From assembly GCA_951406725.2 (NCBI GenBank), contig OX597824.1:68448001-68512000 (forward strand): a stretch of DNA of 64,000 nt, written 5' to 3'. The DNA comes from Octopus vulgaris. Taxonomy: Eukaryota. Under the pieces are notes generated by a model. It made no database searches. It worked only from the letters and a program-made list of their open reading frames with translations, and was not told where the DNA came from. The position numbers were made by a program, and so were the translations under genes. Numbering within the stretch: the stretch's first letter is position 1; each line of letters opens with the position of its first letter. Of the stretch, positions 13,066 through 24,613 are shown in pieces.

Positions 13066-14039
13066 GAAGATAATTTACTTCACAACTTTGTTACCAAGTG
13101 TGTGGCAGGTGAAAATTTACTCTAAGATTAAAAAGAGAAGATCACGCGCGCGCACACATGTATATATTTGTATGTATGTATGTATGTATGTATGTATGTA
13201 TGTATGTACAACAGGTTTCCACACTGCTTCCGTCTACCAAATTCCCTCACAAGGAGCTATAAATAGAAGACACTTACTTGCTCTAGGTGCTGCGCAGTGG
13301 GACTTGAACTCGAAACTACATGGTTGCAAAACGAACTTGTAAACATGCAACTCCACCAAGTGAAATTTCAAATATGATTTTCGACTGCGATAATAATGAA
13401 GATCACAATCGATCCGATTTGGTTTTGCATTTATACCCCCCGTAGCACGGTACTTTTGTATCGGGTAAGTGACACATTGTGCTCCAATTGAAAGGGTAGG
13501 TCTCCATTCAAAATATACTCTTTGAGCAGATGTTCAGTAACAACTGTTGTCATGATGTTTATTTAGAAATTTTTTTTAAAAAATTAAAATTTTTGTTTTT
13601 TTATAAAAGTCCTGAGGCAATGATGTCAAGGACAGCAAAACAGGTAAAATATGTTGCTGGCGGTTTTTGATTCTGATTTTTCCAGTTTCAGCTCATGAGC
13701 TGTGGCCATGCTGGGGCACCGCCATTTCCTGAACATTCATACATGGTTCTAGACAGGAGAGACTGCCATATATATGTACGTCATCGTCATCATTGTCGCC
13801 GTCGTTTAATGTTCATTTTTCATGCTGGCACAGGTTGGACAGTTCGACAAGAACCGACACGCTAAAGGACTTCGTCCCACTCCACTATCTGCTTTGGCGT
13901 GGTTTCTACAGCTGGATGGATGCGCTTCCTAACGCCAGCTACTTTACAGAGTCTACTAGATGTTATTTTTTTTTCGTGGCCACACAGTAGCACTAAATAA
14001 CTCGCAAGACGAGACACCTCAACTGGTATAGTATTGAGG

Positions 14040-14455
14040 AAGGCGGCGAGCTGGCAGAAACGTTAGCACGCCGGGCGAAATGCGTAGCCGTATTTCGTCT
14101 GCCGTTACGTTCTGAGTTCAAATTCCGCCGAAGTCGACTTTGCCTTTCATCCTTTCGGGGTCGATAAATTAAGGACCAGTTACACCCTGGGGTCGATATA
14201 ATCGACTTAATCCGTCTGTCTGTCCTTGTTTGTCTCCTCTGTGTTTAGCCCCTGGTGGGTAGTAAAGAAATAGGTATTTCGCCTGCCGTTACGTTGTGAG
14301 TTCAAATTCTGCCGAGGTCGACTTTGCTTTTCATCCTTTCGGGGTCGATTAAATAAGTACCAGTTACGCACTGGGGTCGATATAATCGACTTAATCCATT
14401 TGTCTGTCCTTGTTTGTCGTCTCTGTGTTTAGCACTTTGTGGGTAGTAAAGAAAT
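14040..14455 (+). mobile_element. Dimeric SINE family A
   Basis: Second monomer starts at GGTATTTCG directly after the first tail; flanking duplication TATAGTATTGAGG. Confidence 0.85.
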
Positions 14456-14796
14456 ATCTATAGTATTGAGGGAGATGAAAGTACGATAGAAGAAGATACA
14501 TCTGCCTGAAGAGAAGACATATGACTTTTCTAGCTGGAAAAATAGGGAGAGTTATGTAACGGATATGAGAGAACGAGGTTAGAGGATATATAGGGACACG
14601 GCCAACACTAGGAAGTGCAGGGCCCTATTAGGCCCAATTACAGAATTGTCAGTGAGGCCCTCTACTCTTCAAAAACCGAAGATCGATGTTTTATGCTTCA
14701 TGTAGTACGCCAGTCCCAGCCCCAAAACGTTGAGAGCTTTAGGCTCCATCATTAGCCACTATGAAAATTTTAATGTTTTATTACAAGTCAAGATAA

Positions 14797-15186
14797 TCTA
14801 TATATATAAAGCTGAAATTGTCTGCGTGTGGCAGGTTTGGTAGCCTTCAACTAACACTATCTCCTCCGAGACCCTGCGGCACAAGTTGACCAAAATTGAG
14901 AGTATGATAGAAGAAGGCTTGCTTTTCATTCCGTAGTAGATAAAATTCAAATTGAACCATATTAAGACCAAAAATTATTTACATGAAAAAGGTGCTTTTT
15001 TTCTATGAAAGTCCCTATTTTTTACGATTTTTTTACTGCTGTGTCGCCATTTTTCGGTGTATTTCAACCAGAAAAATGTCCACTTAAAGAGAATAGCAAG
15101 GTACATAATGCAAAATTTTTACTTTTCAAAAATTTCAATTCTAAAGGGTCGAAACAAATCCGAGCAACGCCGGGCGATACTGCTAG
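14797..15186 (+). mobile_element. Non-autonomous Helitron (same family as 2098-2490)
   Basis: A|TCTATATATATAAAGCTG...CCGAGCAACGCCGGGCGATACTGCTAG|T. Confidence 0.8.
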
Positions 15187-15572
15187 TTAGTGATATAACT
15201 TTTGAGAATAGGCCTTCTAAAAACAAACTTTTCTGGCTTTTTTTATGAGAAGTCTTTCAAAATCATTTCAAAGTCAATGGTTTTGTAGTGTCATTTTCAT
15301 CGCCAAATTATTTAGTCTCTCTTGTGAAATTGTTGACCCTAGATTAATCAGTTTTAGTTTAGAAAAAAAATCTTCTTTCGACTGATGCGACGTTTGCGAG
15401 TATTTTTAAGTAAATCCTCAAAGCAATAAAAAAAAAAAATAGGAAATGTTTCATTCATCCGCTCGAGCGAGTGGGCCCAAATTGAAGAAATCTGTCTAAT
15501 TAGCTTAAAACTGGTCCTGTATAAGAACATGTGTGTGTGTCTGTGTGTACTTGCGTGTGTGTATGTGTGTGT

Positions 15573-16165
15573 GCAGGAGTGACTGTGTGGTAAGAAGAAG
15601 GCGGCGAGCTGGCAGAATCATTAGCACGCCGGGCGAAATGTTTAGCGGTATTTCGGCTGCCGTTACGTTCTGAGTTCAAATTCCGCCGAGGTCGACTTTG
15701 CCTTTCATCCTTTCGGGGTCGATAAATTATGTAGAAGTTATGCACTGGGGTCGATGTAATCGACTTAATCCGTTTGTCTGTCCTTGTTTGTCCTCTCTGT
15801 GTTTAGTCCCTTGTGGGTAGTAAAGAAATAGAAATAGGTATTTCGTCTGCCACTACGTTCTGAGTTCAAATTCCGTCGAAGTCGACTTTGCCTTTCATCC
15901 TTTCGGGGTCGATAAATAAAGTACCAGTTACGCACTGGGGCCGATGTAATCGACTTAATCCCTTCGTCTGTCCTTGCTTGTCCCCTCTATGTTTAGCCCC
16001 TTATGGGCAATAAAGAAATAAGAAGTTTACTTCCCAGCCACATGGTTCCGGGTTCAGACCCACTGCGTGGCACCTTGGGCACGTGTCTTCTTTTATATCT
16101 TCGGGCCGACCGAAGCCATGCGAGTGGATTTGGTAGACGGAAACTGAAAAGAAGCCTGTCGAACA
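15573..16165 (+). mobile_element. Dimeric SINE family A nested in the head of a SINE family B copy
   Basis: B head GCAGGAGTGACTGTGTGGTAAGAAG is interrupted at ~15598 and resumes at ~16019 with duplicated TAAGAAG. Confidence 0.8.
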
Positions 16166-16168
16166 TCA

Positions 16169-16230
<62 letters not shown>

Positions 16231-18553
16231 GTGTATGTGTGTGTGCGTGCGTGTGTTAGTGTGTGTGTTAGTGTGTGTGTGTGTGTGTGTGTGTGTAATA
16301 GGTGATATAATTGTTAGTTGGTTGGTCGGTTGATTCACTAGCTATGCTTTGCGTTACATCATATAGAAGGAGAGGGGAGAGAGAGAGAATAAAAGAGTTA
16401 CAGAGCGAGTTCACATAAGTGGAACAGACGAGTGAAGACAGAGAGCGACAGAGGAGGGTAGGGGAGAGATAGGGAAAGGGAGAGAGGGAGAGCAACAGAG
16501 GACAATGAGGAAGAGAGGAAGCATTAGCGAATGAGTAGCTGTGAGAGGAGCTATTCAAATCAGATATCTGCTTTTATCCAATTTTATTTTAAAGTAATAA
16601 ATATTTTTTCTCTTAAAAATTACTATTCATCTCAGCATTTTGTGTAAGTAGCAAGAAATTAAATAAAAGTTAAATTATATTTATTGCATGTAGGGTATAT
16701 TTTTTGATGTTACTCACTCTAGCAAAAACACACTTCCGAAGCTATTCATCATATGCTACACAACACTGGTATAAATACAAACCCACTTACACACACATAC
16801 ATATATCATATATACTAATGCATCAGCATGGCCGCAGCTCTGAGCTGAAACTAGAAAGGAAAAAAAAATATATATATATATATACATACACACATAAGTG
16901 TATCGTTCTACTGGAACCAAGGTCGGGTATCTGCTGTGCTGGATGAAGTCTACTGAGGCAGAAACAATTCACAACAGCTCTAGGCAGTCAGACTAATTTT
17001 TTGTGTTGTGACGGCATTTAATTTGGTAGAATTCTTAACCCATAAGATACCTTCCTATTTTCGTTTGGTATTGGACCAAATTGCCACCAAGCGATTTTTC
17101 GACCTTCTCTGGATTTGGAGATAATTTCAATAAATAAAAAAAAAATCTTTTATGATATTTAATGTATCCCTATTTGTCTGTTGTTGTTGAGTTTTTCTCT
17201 TGAATCATCTTCGTTCCATTCATACAATATATACGTAATGACTGCAACTCGATTCTGAGAAATGGAGATATACGCGTGGCAGTATGGTAAGAAGCTTGGT
17301 TCCGAGTTCAGTCCCACTGCATAGCACCTTAGTCAAATGTCTTCTGCTACAGCCTCTGGTGAACCAAAGGCTTGTGAGTCGACCTGGTTGACGGAAACTG
17401 AAAGAAGCTATTTCTTTATTACCCACAAGGGGTTAAACACAGAGAGGACAAACAAGGACAGACAAACGGATTAAGTCGATTACAGCGACCCCAGTGCGTA
17501 ACTGGTACTTATTTAATCGACCCCGAAAGGATGAAAGGTAAAGTCTGAGTTCTGAGTTCAAATTCCGCCGAGGTCGATGTGATCGACTTAATCCCTTTGT
17601 CTGTCCTTGTTTGTCCCCTCTATGTTTAACTCCCTGTGGACAATAAAGAAATAAGAAGGCCTTGCACAAGATCACTCCAACTGACTAAACAATGGATGAA
17701 TTTGCCCAAAAAGGACGTCTGCATCATTGGATGTTACGAAGTCGCAGGTAGATACACCAAAGTTTTCTTTCTTCAAATAAGATGTCTAAACAAAGTTTTA
17801 GGGTTCTCTCACTTCCAGCTGTCGGATGGTCGTTGACTCTACCTAGTTCATCAGCCCCGTTGATAGGCTTTTCAGGGTGTCCACTGAAAATCACCCATCG
17901 CATCAATCGGGCATTGAAGGGTTACCAGTTTAGTCGGCGGTGACCCGAATATGCGAGCGGCTGAATAGGATTACATATTACAAGTACCATTAAGAGTTAC
18001 CTGGCATTCAGAAACACACACAAACACATTTGAGGAGTAACACCTGTTACTTACGCCAGAAGATTCAATCTTAAAAAATCAATGTAATGTGACTGTGTAT
18101 ATACACACATATATATATATGCATGTGTGTGTGTATGTATATATATATATATATAAACACACATAAATGTGAAACAAGGTGGAAAAAAAGAGTACTCAAA
18201 TACCAGAGGTGGAGTAAACTGCTTTATTTAAAGCAGCAGAAATATAACAAAAGCTGTTGTGAAACTCTGAGTAACAGCTTTTGTTATATTTCTGCAGCTT
18301 TTAAATAAAGTGTATATATATATATATATATATATAAAATGAGGGTGAAAAATTGGATATTGATAACATCAATTTTAACACTAGTGGTCTAGCATATAAA
18401 AAGGGTTCAGTAAATAGTATTACATACATATAAGAGGGAATTTACGACTATGTGGAAACCATTACGCTAGCAGAAGATCCGTAAGACCATAGCGGATCTT
18501 CGTCTAGCATAAGGGTTTCCACATAGTGGTAAATTCCCTCTTATATGTATGTA

Positions 18554-18617
<64 letters not shown>

Positions 18618-19078
18618 GGTACAGTCCCACTGCGTGGCACCTTGGGCAAGTGTCTTCTACAATAACTCGGGCCGACCAAAGCCTTGTGAGCGGATTTGGT
18701 AGACGGAAACTGAAAGAAGACCGTCGTATATTCTATAAATTCTCCAAGGCGGTACCCCAGCATGGCCGCAGTCTGATGACTGAAACAAGTAAAAGATAGA
18801 TGTTTGTTCTCACACTTAATTATATTAGAGGGCACGCGAAACACCAGCTTGCTAGAGAGTGGAAGTAAAAACCTCCAGATTAACCACTAATCTCACTGAA
18901 AGCATGTACTTTTCAGTGAGATTAGCGGTAAAGTTGGAGGTTTTCACTTCCACTCTCTAGCAAGCTTTTGTTTTGTGTGCCCGCTAATATAATCAGGAAT
19001 TTATTGGATAGCTGTTTAATACTAATGTCGCTTGCTCTTACTAATGTTATTCTTACCACTTATTTAGATTTGCCCCTG

Positions 19079-19137
<59 letters not shown>

Positions 19138-19303
19138 CATCTTTACGAGTATTTATTTTGAATATTTACTCATTCTTATATATGTGTGTGTGTGTATGTG
19201 TGTATAGTATGTTTGAAGTGCTGTACCCCATCAAAATCAAAATCCCTAGAAAGTGCTCTTTGTTGATCGTATGGCCTATAGAAACTCACTGAATGTAGTC
19301 AAT

Positions 19304-19495
19304 GCGCAGGAGTGGCTGTGTGGTAAGTAGTTTGCTTTCCAGCCACATGGTTCCGGGTTCAGTGCCACTGCGTGGTACCTTGGGCAAGTGTCTTCTACTA
19401 TAGCCTCGGGCCGACCAAAGGCTTGTTAGTGGATTTGGTAGACGGAAACTGAAAGAAGCCTGTCGTATATATGTATATGTGTGTGTGTGTGTATA

Positions 19496-19531
<36 letters not shown>

Positions 19532-19765
19532 TGTATGTATGTATGTATGTATGTGTATGTTTGTGTGTCTGTGTTTGTCCCTCCAACATCGCTTGGCAAC
19601 AGATGGTGATGTGTTTACGTCCCCGTAACCTAGCGGTTTGGCAAAAGAGGCCGATAGAATAAGTACCAGGCTTACAAAGAATAAGTCCTGGGGTCGATTT
19701 TCTCGACTAAAGGCGATGCTCCAGCATGGCCGTAGTCAAATGACTGAAATAAGTAAAAAAGAAAA
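19304..19765 (+). mobile_element. SINE family B, full length
   Basis: Colinear with 3662-4062; internal (TATG)n. Confidence 0.85.
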
Positions 19766-19814
19766 AAAAGAAAAAAGAAAAATGCCCTTATTGTCGAAAA
19801 GGGATCGTCATGGG

Positions 19815-20207
19815 CTTTCCGGCGGGCTTGCTTTACCTGGCCTCTTGTGCTCTCGAAAAACATATCCTCGGTTCATGAAAATGAATCGATAAGCAGTCGG
19901 AAGCATTTCATGAGATTCTGTAGCGCTTCTGCCCAGTTTAAGACAAAACCTTTTTGCATAGCAGGTTTCCAATTTGTCTTCATGCCCCAACTTTATTCTG
20001 CACACTACTCGGCTATGGCAAGCAGTTAATAGTAGGGTGTGTTCAGAGCGTTGTTACAGCCGCTTCCTTCAATTTGCAGCGACAAAATTTGACAGGTCAC
20101 CATATAAGATGTACAGTAATGATGTACTCCAAAAGAATTACAATATTCTCGCACAATTATAACTGCTGGTCCTAAAAAAAGTCCCTAAACTTCTGGAATG
20201 CATTTCG
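19815..20207 (-). mobile_element. Mariner transposon 5' relic
   Basis: EDKLETCYAKRFCLKLGRSATESHEML..AY..MNRGYVFREHKR resembles the mariner N-terminal HTH; TIR-like end at ~20175-20207. Confidence 0.7.
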
Positions 20208-20758
20208 TATATGCGTATGTATGTATGTATGTATGTATGTATGTATGTATGTATGTATGTATGTATGTACGTACGTACGTACGTACGCACAGACAGACAG
20301 ATAGACAGATAGGTAGATAGACAGACAAACAGACAGAAAACCAGTTAGATACAAACAGACGAACAGACAGTCAGGTAGATACTGACAGACAGACGGATAG
20401 ATAGGCAGACAGACAGACAGACAGACAGATAGACAGCTAGATAGATAGATAGATAACTTTCTTTTATTAGCCACACAGGGCTGAATACAGAGGGGACAAA
20501 TACAAATGCAGAGCTTTTCTTTTCGAGGGTGGAAAAAAATAAAAAATGTAAGATTGCGATCAAAAGGGATCGAGAGGAGGAAAAAAAGGAAAAAAAAAGA
20601 AAATCGTGTATCACAGAAATAATGGTGTAAACATTGATATAACAAGATTGGGTTCATCCGTGGGAAGAAAAGCCTACAGAAATGACCACGGGAACCCCAG
20701 TCAGGGAGGAAATAAACACATGAGGTCAAAAATGCTCTCTTTCTTTCTTTTTTACGAT

Positions 20759-23359
20759 CTACAGGATCATGCTCAAAATGGTTTCGTTACTAGCACGCAC
20801 CATCTTTGCAACATTCACCCATCTTTTTTTGAATCTTTCGCGAGACAAAACTTCCCTCTCCATTCTCACCTTCCTTTTCAAGTGGTACTTGAAAAAGTTG
20901 ATGAGCGATTGGCCAGAGAGGTAAGTGTTTGTCTCTAATCCTTTCGCTCGAGTCCACCACACACATTCTTTCACCATGGCCACCAGTACGATGAAAACTG
21001 CCTTGCCTTCCCGGTTGAGGGAAGGGGGCGGAGCAATTCTCACGATAGACTCGGCCGATAGGCGGATTCGTCCCACACGTGACAGCAGCCGTTCGGCATA
21101 AGCCCACAGGTCGGAAATGGTTGGACATTGCACGAGTGCGTGCAGAACGGTTTCGTCGCTCTGACCGCATCTCGGGCAAGTCGGTCCAGTGTGTCTGGAA
21201 CCGTGTCTGTAGAGCTTATCCCGAACAGGTAATGCTTCTCGATAGCACTGCCAGGCCAGGGATCTTTGGTGATTGTTCATAGGTCCCGGCCCGAAAGTTG
21301 TCCTGAACAGGCGGGTCAGGTGTTCCTCGTCGACGCCCAGACTCTGCCCGAGTTCGTCGTCGCACCTCCCCTCCACTAATCCTCTATAGAATGCCTTTGT
21401 TGTGATGGAGTCGCACAAGTTCGATCCCGGACGGCAGAGTTGCTTGAGAGCAACGCGACACTCGCGGTGCCATTCGCCTAGCCTCGGTCTCTGCTTGATC
21501 CATGACTGTAGTTCGTCCAAGGAGACGAGCTGCGGGAAAGCGCGCCGCACAAAAGGCGACCACCCCTGTTCACCGTTGTCTATGAAGCGCCGGAGATGTC
21601 GCAGTCTCAGCGCATGTCTGCGCATCATCAACCACGGCATGCCCAGCCCTCCATTTAGCGGGTGTTGGCAGCAAATGGATCGCCTAACCATCGGAACGTT
21701 TCCCTTCCACAAGAAGCGGAAGAGTATGCGTTCCAGTTTGGTGATGGTAGGGTCGGGACAAGGCACGACGGTCAGACGATACTCGATGACGGATGCGATG
21801 TACGCGTTCGCCACCTGCGCCCGACCTTTTAGGGATAGCTTTCTCTCAGTCCATTTCTGGGTGAGAGTAGCCACCCTAGTCGTTATCTCGCCCCAGTTCT
21901 TCTCCATTTGGAGGTCCGGACCGAACCAGACCCCGAGCAATTTAACCGGTCCGTCCGTCCAGCGTCCCACGATGGAGACGCTGTTGGACGGCATGGGCTT
22001 GCTTCTCCAGTTGCCGAGCCGCAAGCCCACTGACTTTTCCCGGTTAATTTTTGCTCCCGTTACCGCTTCGTATTCTTTCAGTGTCTCGCCGACCAGCTCG
22101 ATGTGCTCGTAGCTCGACACTATGACGGTGACGTCATCCGCGTATGCAGACACGCTCCTCCCGCATCCCAGCTCTCGTGGGATGCCCCTCAGCGTCGCCA
22201 GTTTCCGCAGTAGTGGCTCAAGAGTCAGTACATACAGCAGCGATGAGAGGGGGCATCCCTGACGAACCGAACGCATGATGTTAAAAGGTCTGGATAGATG
22301 ACCATTTACGCGAACTACTGAGCGGATGCCGCTGTATAAGGCAGCGATCCAACCGCGGAAAACTGGACCGAAACCAGCCGCTTTGAGGACAGCCTCCAAG
22401 TAGTGATGGTCTACCCTATCGAAGGCTTTTGATTGATCCAAATTGATCAGCGCCCCACCCATGCCAGGATTTTTAACTACCCTGTCTATGATGTAGCGCA
22501 TCAGATGGAGGTTGTCATGAATACTTCTACCCGGCACGGCGCATGTTTGCGCCTTGTCGATTAGTTTCTTGATGACAAGCGCCAACCTCTCGGCTAACAC
22601 CTTGGCCAAAATTTTCAAATCTGCGTTGAGCAGAGTGATGGGCCTGAAATTATCTATGACGTCCCCCTTGTTTGGGTCTTTCTTGATCAGTGCCACTGCT
22701 CCTCGCTTTACAAAAGCAGGAATACTCCCGTTCTGCTGCCAGTTGCAGTAGACAGCTGCCAAGACGCCTCCAAACAAGTCTGGCATATGAAAATAAAATT
22801 CGTAGGGCAGACCATCCAAGCCTGGTGACTTATCTCTCGCGCAGCCTACCATCGCATCCTGTACATCCGCAGCTGTGATAGGCTTTTCACAAGACTCCAC
22901 CTCCCTTGCTGAGAGTCGTGGCAAGGCATGCAGGTAGGCACTAAAGTCCACTCTGCTTTCTGACTCACCACTTGTCCCAAACAGTTGGGTGAAGTGTTGT
23001 TGAAAAACCCCACACATCCTTTTAGGCTCGAGCAATTCGCGCCCCTGTTCATCTATAAGAGACTTGATGGTGGCTCTGTTGCCTCGTTGCGTCTCCACCA
23101 CTCGGGCCTCTTGGGCGGCTCCAACTCCTTCGTTCCTCAGAGCACGCATCCTAGCTCTGACAACGCATCCCTCGTGTTTGGCGTTGAGGTGTTGGTCGAG
23201 GGCCAATCTCGCCGCCAGTACGTTGGACGCGATGCCAGTTCTAAGTGCCTCTTCTAAAACCTTAACTAATTCTCCCTCTATTCTATTTCGGTCTAATGCT
23301 AGGGCTCTACTGTATCTGACTGATTCTGCTTTAATCGCTTTTTTAGGGCATACCACCAT
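20759..23359 (-). CDS. ORF2 reverse transcriptase and C-terminal zinc-finger region (Tx1/L1 type)
   Basis: 866 aa with KSPGLDGLP, FRPITLLNADLKIL, DQSKAFDRVDH, VRQGCPLS, YADD, GGLG and CPRC..ETVLHALVQC; no internal stops. Confidence 0.95.
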   Translation of the reverse strand: MVVCPKKAIKAESVRYSRALALDRNRIEGELVKVLEEALRTGIASNVLAARLALDQHLNAKHEGCVVRARMRALRNEGVGAAQEARVVETQRGNRATIKSLIDEQGRELLEPKRMCGVFQQHFTQLFGTSGESESRVDFSAYLHALPRLSAREVESCEKPITAADVQDAMVGCARDKSPGLDGLPYEFYFHMPDLFGGVLAAVYCNWQQNGSIPAFVKRGAVALIKKDPNKGDVIDNFRPITLLNADLKILAKVLAERLALVIKKLIDKAQTCAVPGRSIHDNLHLMRYIIDRVVKNPGMGGALINLDQSKAFDRVDHHYLEAVLKAAGFGPVFRGWIAALYSGIRSVVRVNGHLSRPFNIMRSVRQGCPLSSLLYVLTLEPLLRKLATLRGIPRELGCGRSVSAYADDVTVIVSSYEHIELVGETLKEYEAVTGAKINREKSVGLRLGNWRSKPMPSNSVSIVGRWTDGPVKLLGVWFGPDLQMEKNWGEITTRVATLTQKWTERKLSLKGRAQVANAYIASVIEYRLTVVPCPDPTITKLERILFRFLWKGNVPMVRRSICCQHPLNGGLGMPWLMMRRHALRLRHLRRFIDNGEQGWSPFVRRAFPQLVSLDELQSWIKQRPRLGEWHRECRVALKQLCRPGSNLCDSITTKAFYRGLVEGRCDDELGQSLGVDEEHLTRLFRTTFGPGPMNNHQRSLAWQCYREALPVRDKLYRHGSRHTGPTCPRCGQSDETVLHALVQCPTISDLWAYAERLLSRVGRIRLSAESIVRIAPPPSLNREGKAVFIVLVAMVKECVWWTRAKGLETNTYLSGQSLINFFKYHLKRKVRMEREVLSRERFKKRWVNVAKMVRASNETILSMIL

Positions 23360-24194
23360 CTGTTGTTGATGATGGTACCCGTCAAAGCTCTCTTAACTAA
23401 TGTGCTGATCCGGTCCCTGTAAACCTGTCGTGCTGTAAAAGACGCGTTCAGTTTCCAGTAACCAGGACCCTGCCTATGTGTCTTATCTAAGTCAAGTGTA
23501 CAAGTCACAAACTTGTGATCTGTGTAACTGACTATATGAAATTGTGGACAACCTACACTATTTTTATCTATTGTCCTACAGAATACTCTATCTAAGTATG
23601 ATCTGGACGACCCGATGCGGTTACTCCATGTCCACATTGGCACATTCGGGGGTCCAGTCGGTACCTGTCAGACAGTTGGAAACGTCTGAGCAGGTCTTTG
23701 AGGCATTTGCATCCCCTTCTATTGCTATCTCTGCCCACGTAGTCTAGATGCGTGTCCAGGGTGGCATTCCAATCCCCCACTAAAAGTAAAGGACGAGACG
23801 TTCCCATGAAAGACTCTAGACGTCGAAAGAAATCTGGTCGGCCTGTTAAGGACGGAGCATAAACTGCTATCAGTCGAAAAGCACACTCATTGCTGCCATC
23901 GACATCCAAAACGACCAGCCTACCCTCCGGGTCTAGGAAATTTGCTCTTACTTTGAGATCCAGACTCTTCCGGATAAGCACCGCGGTGCCACCTCCGCCC
24001 ATTCTCGGTAGACACGGAGAAAAATAAATGTTGAAATGTGTACCGAAAATGTGCTGGAGTGCCCGCAAGCTGTGGAGTCTGGTCTCACTGATGGCTATGA
24101 TATTTAGATTTAGTGACTTGATGTCATTTAACAGGTAGCCTTGTTTCCAAGGCGACCCCAAGCCACGTACATTTATACTACCTATTCTGAGCAT
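23299..24194 (-). pseudogene. ORF2 N-terminal apurinic-like (APE) endonuclease, split by two frameshifts (~23645, ~23340)
   Basis: Motifs NVRGL, ISETR, VYAP, GDWN, LDRV, TDH, GPGYWKLN across ORFs 23592..24212 and 23299..23643; ATG at 24194 (MLRIGSINVRGL). Confidence 0.9.
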
Positions 24195-24613
24195 GTTCCG
24201 ATAAAAGTGCAAAAAAGGAAAAGGAGAGAGAAAAGGTTACTTGTTTTCCGAAAGTTCTTTGTCTTTCACCTCACGGTCTTCTTCTATGAGGCTTTTATAC
24301 AGTTTTTTCGATGAGTACTTTTGAAATCTCCCTACTGCATCAGGGTAAAGAGATTTCAGGGTGCTGTATGTGTTCTGTGTCACGTGTATTATTTTAATGT
24401 GTTGTGGTGGTGTTGTGTGTGGGTGGTTACTTGTTTTTATGTCGTTTTCAGTAATGTTAGTGTTTGACCTAATGTGTTCCATTAGGTCGTGGTTGTTTGT
24501 GTTTATGGCTGTCAACATTTTTGGGGGGTTTGATGATGGTGTGTTTGTGTTGATGTGTGTGTTTTCTGTGGATGTTTTTGTTTCGGGAGTGGTGTATCTT
24601 CCCGCTTTGTTTG

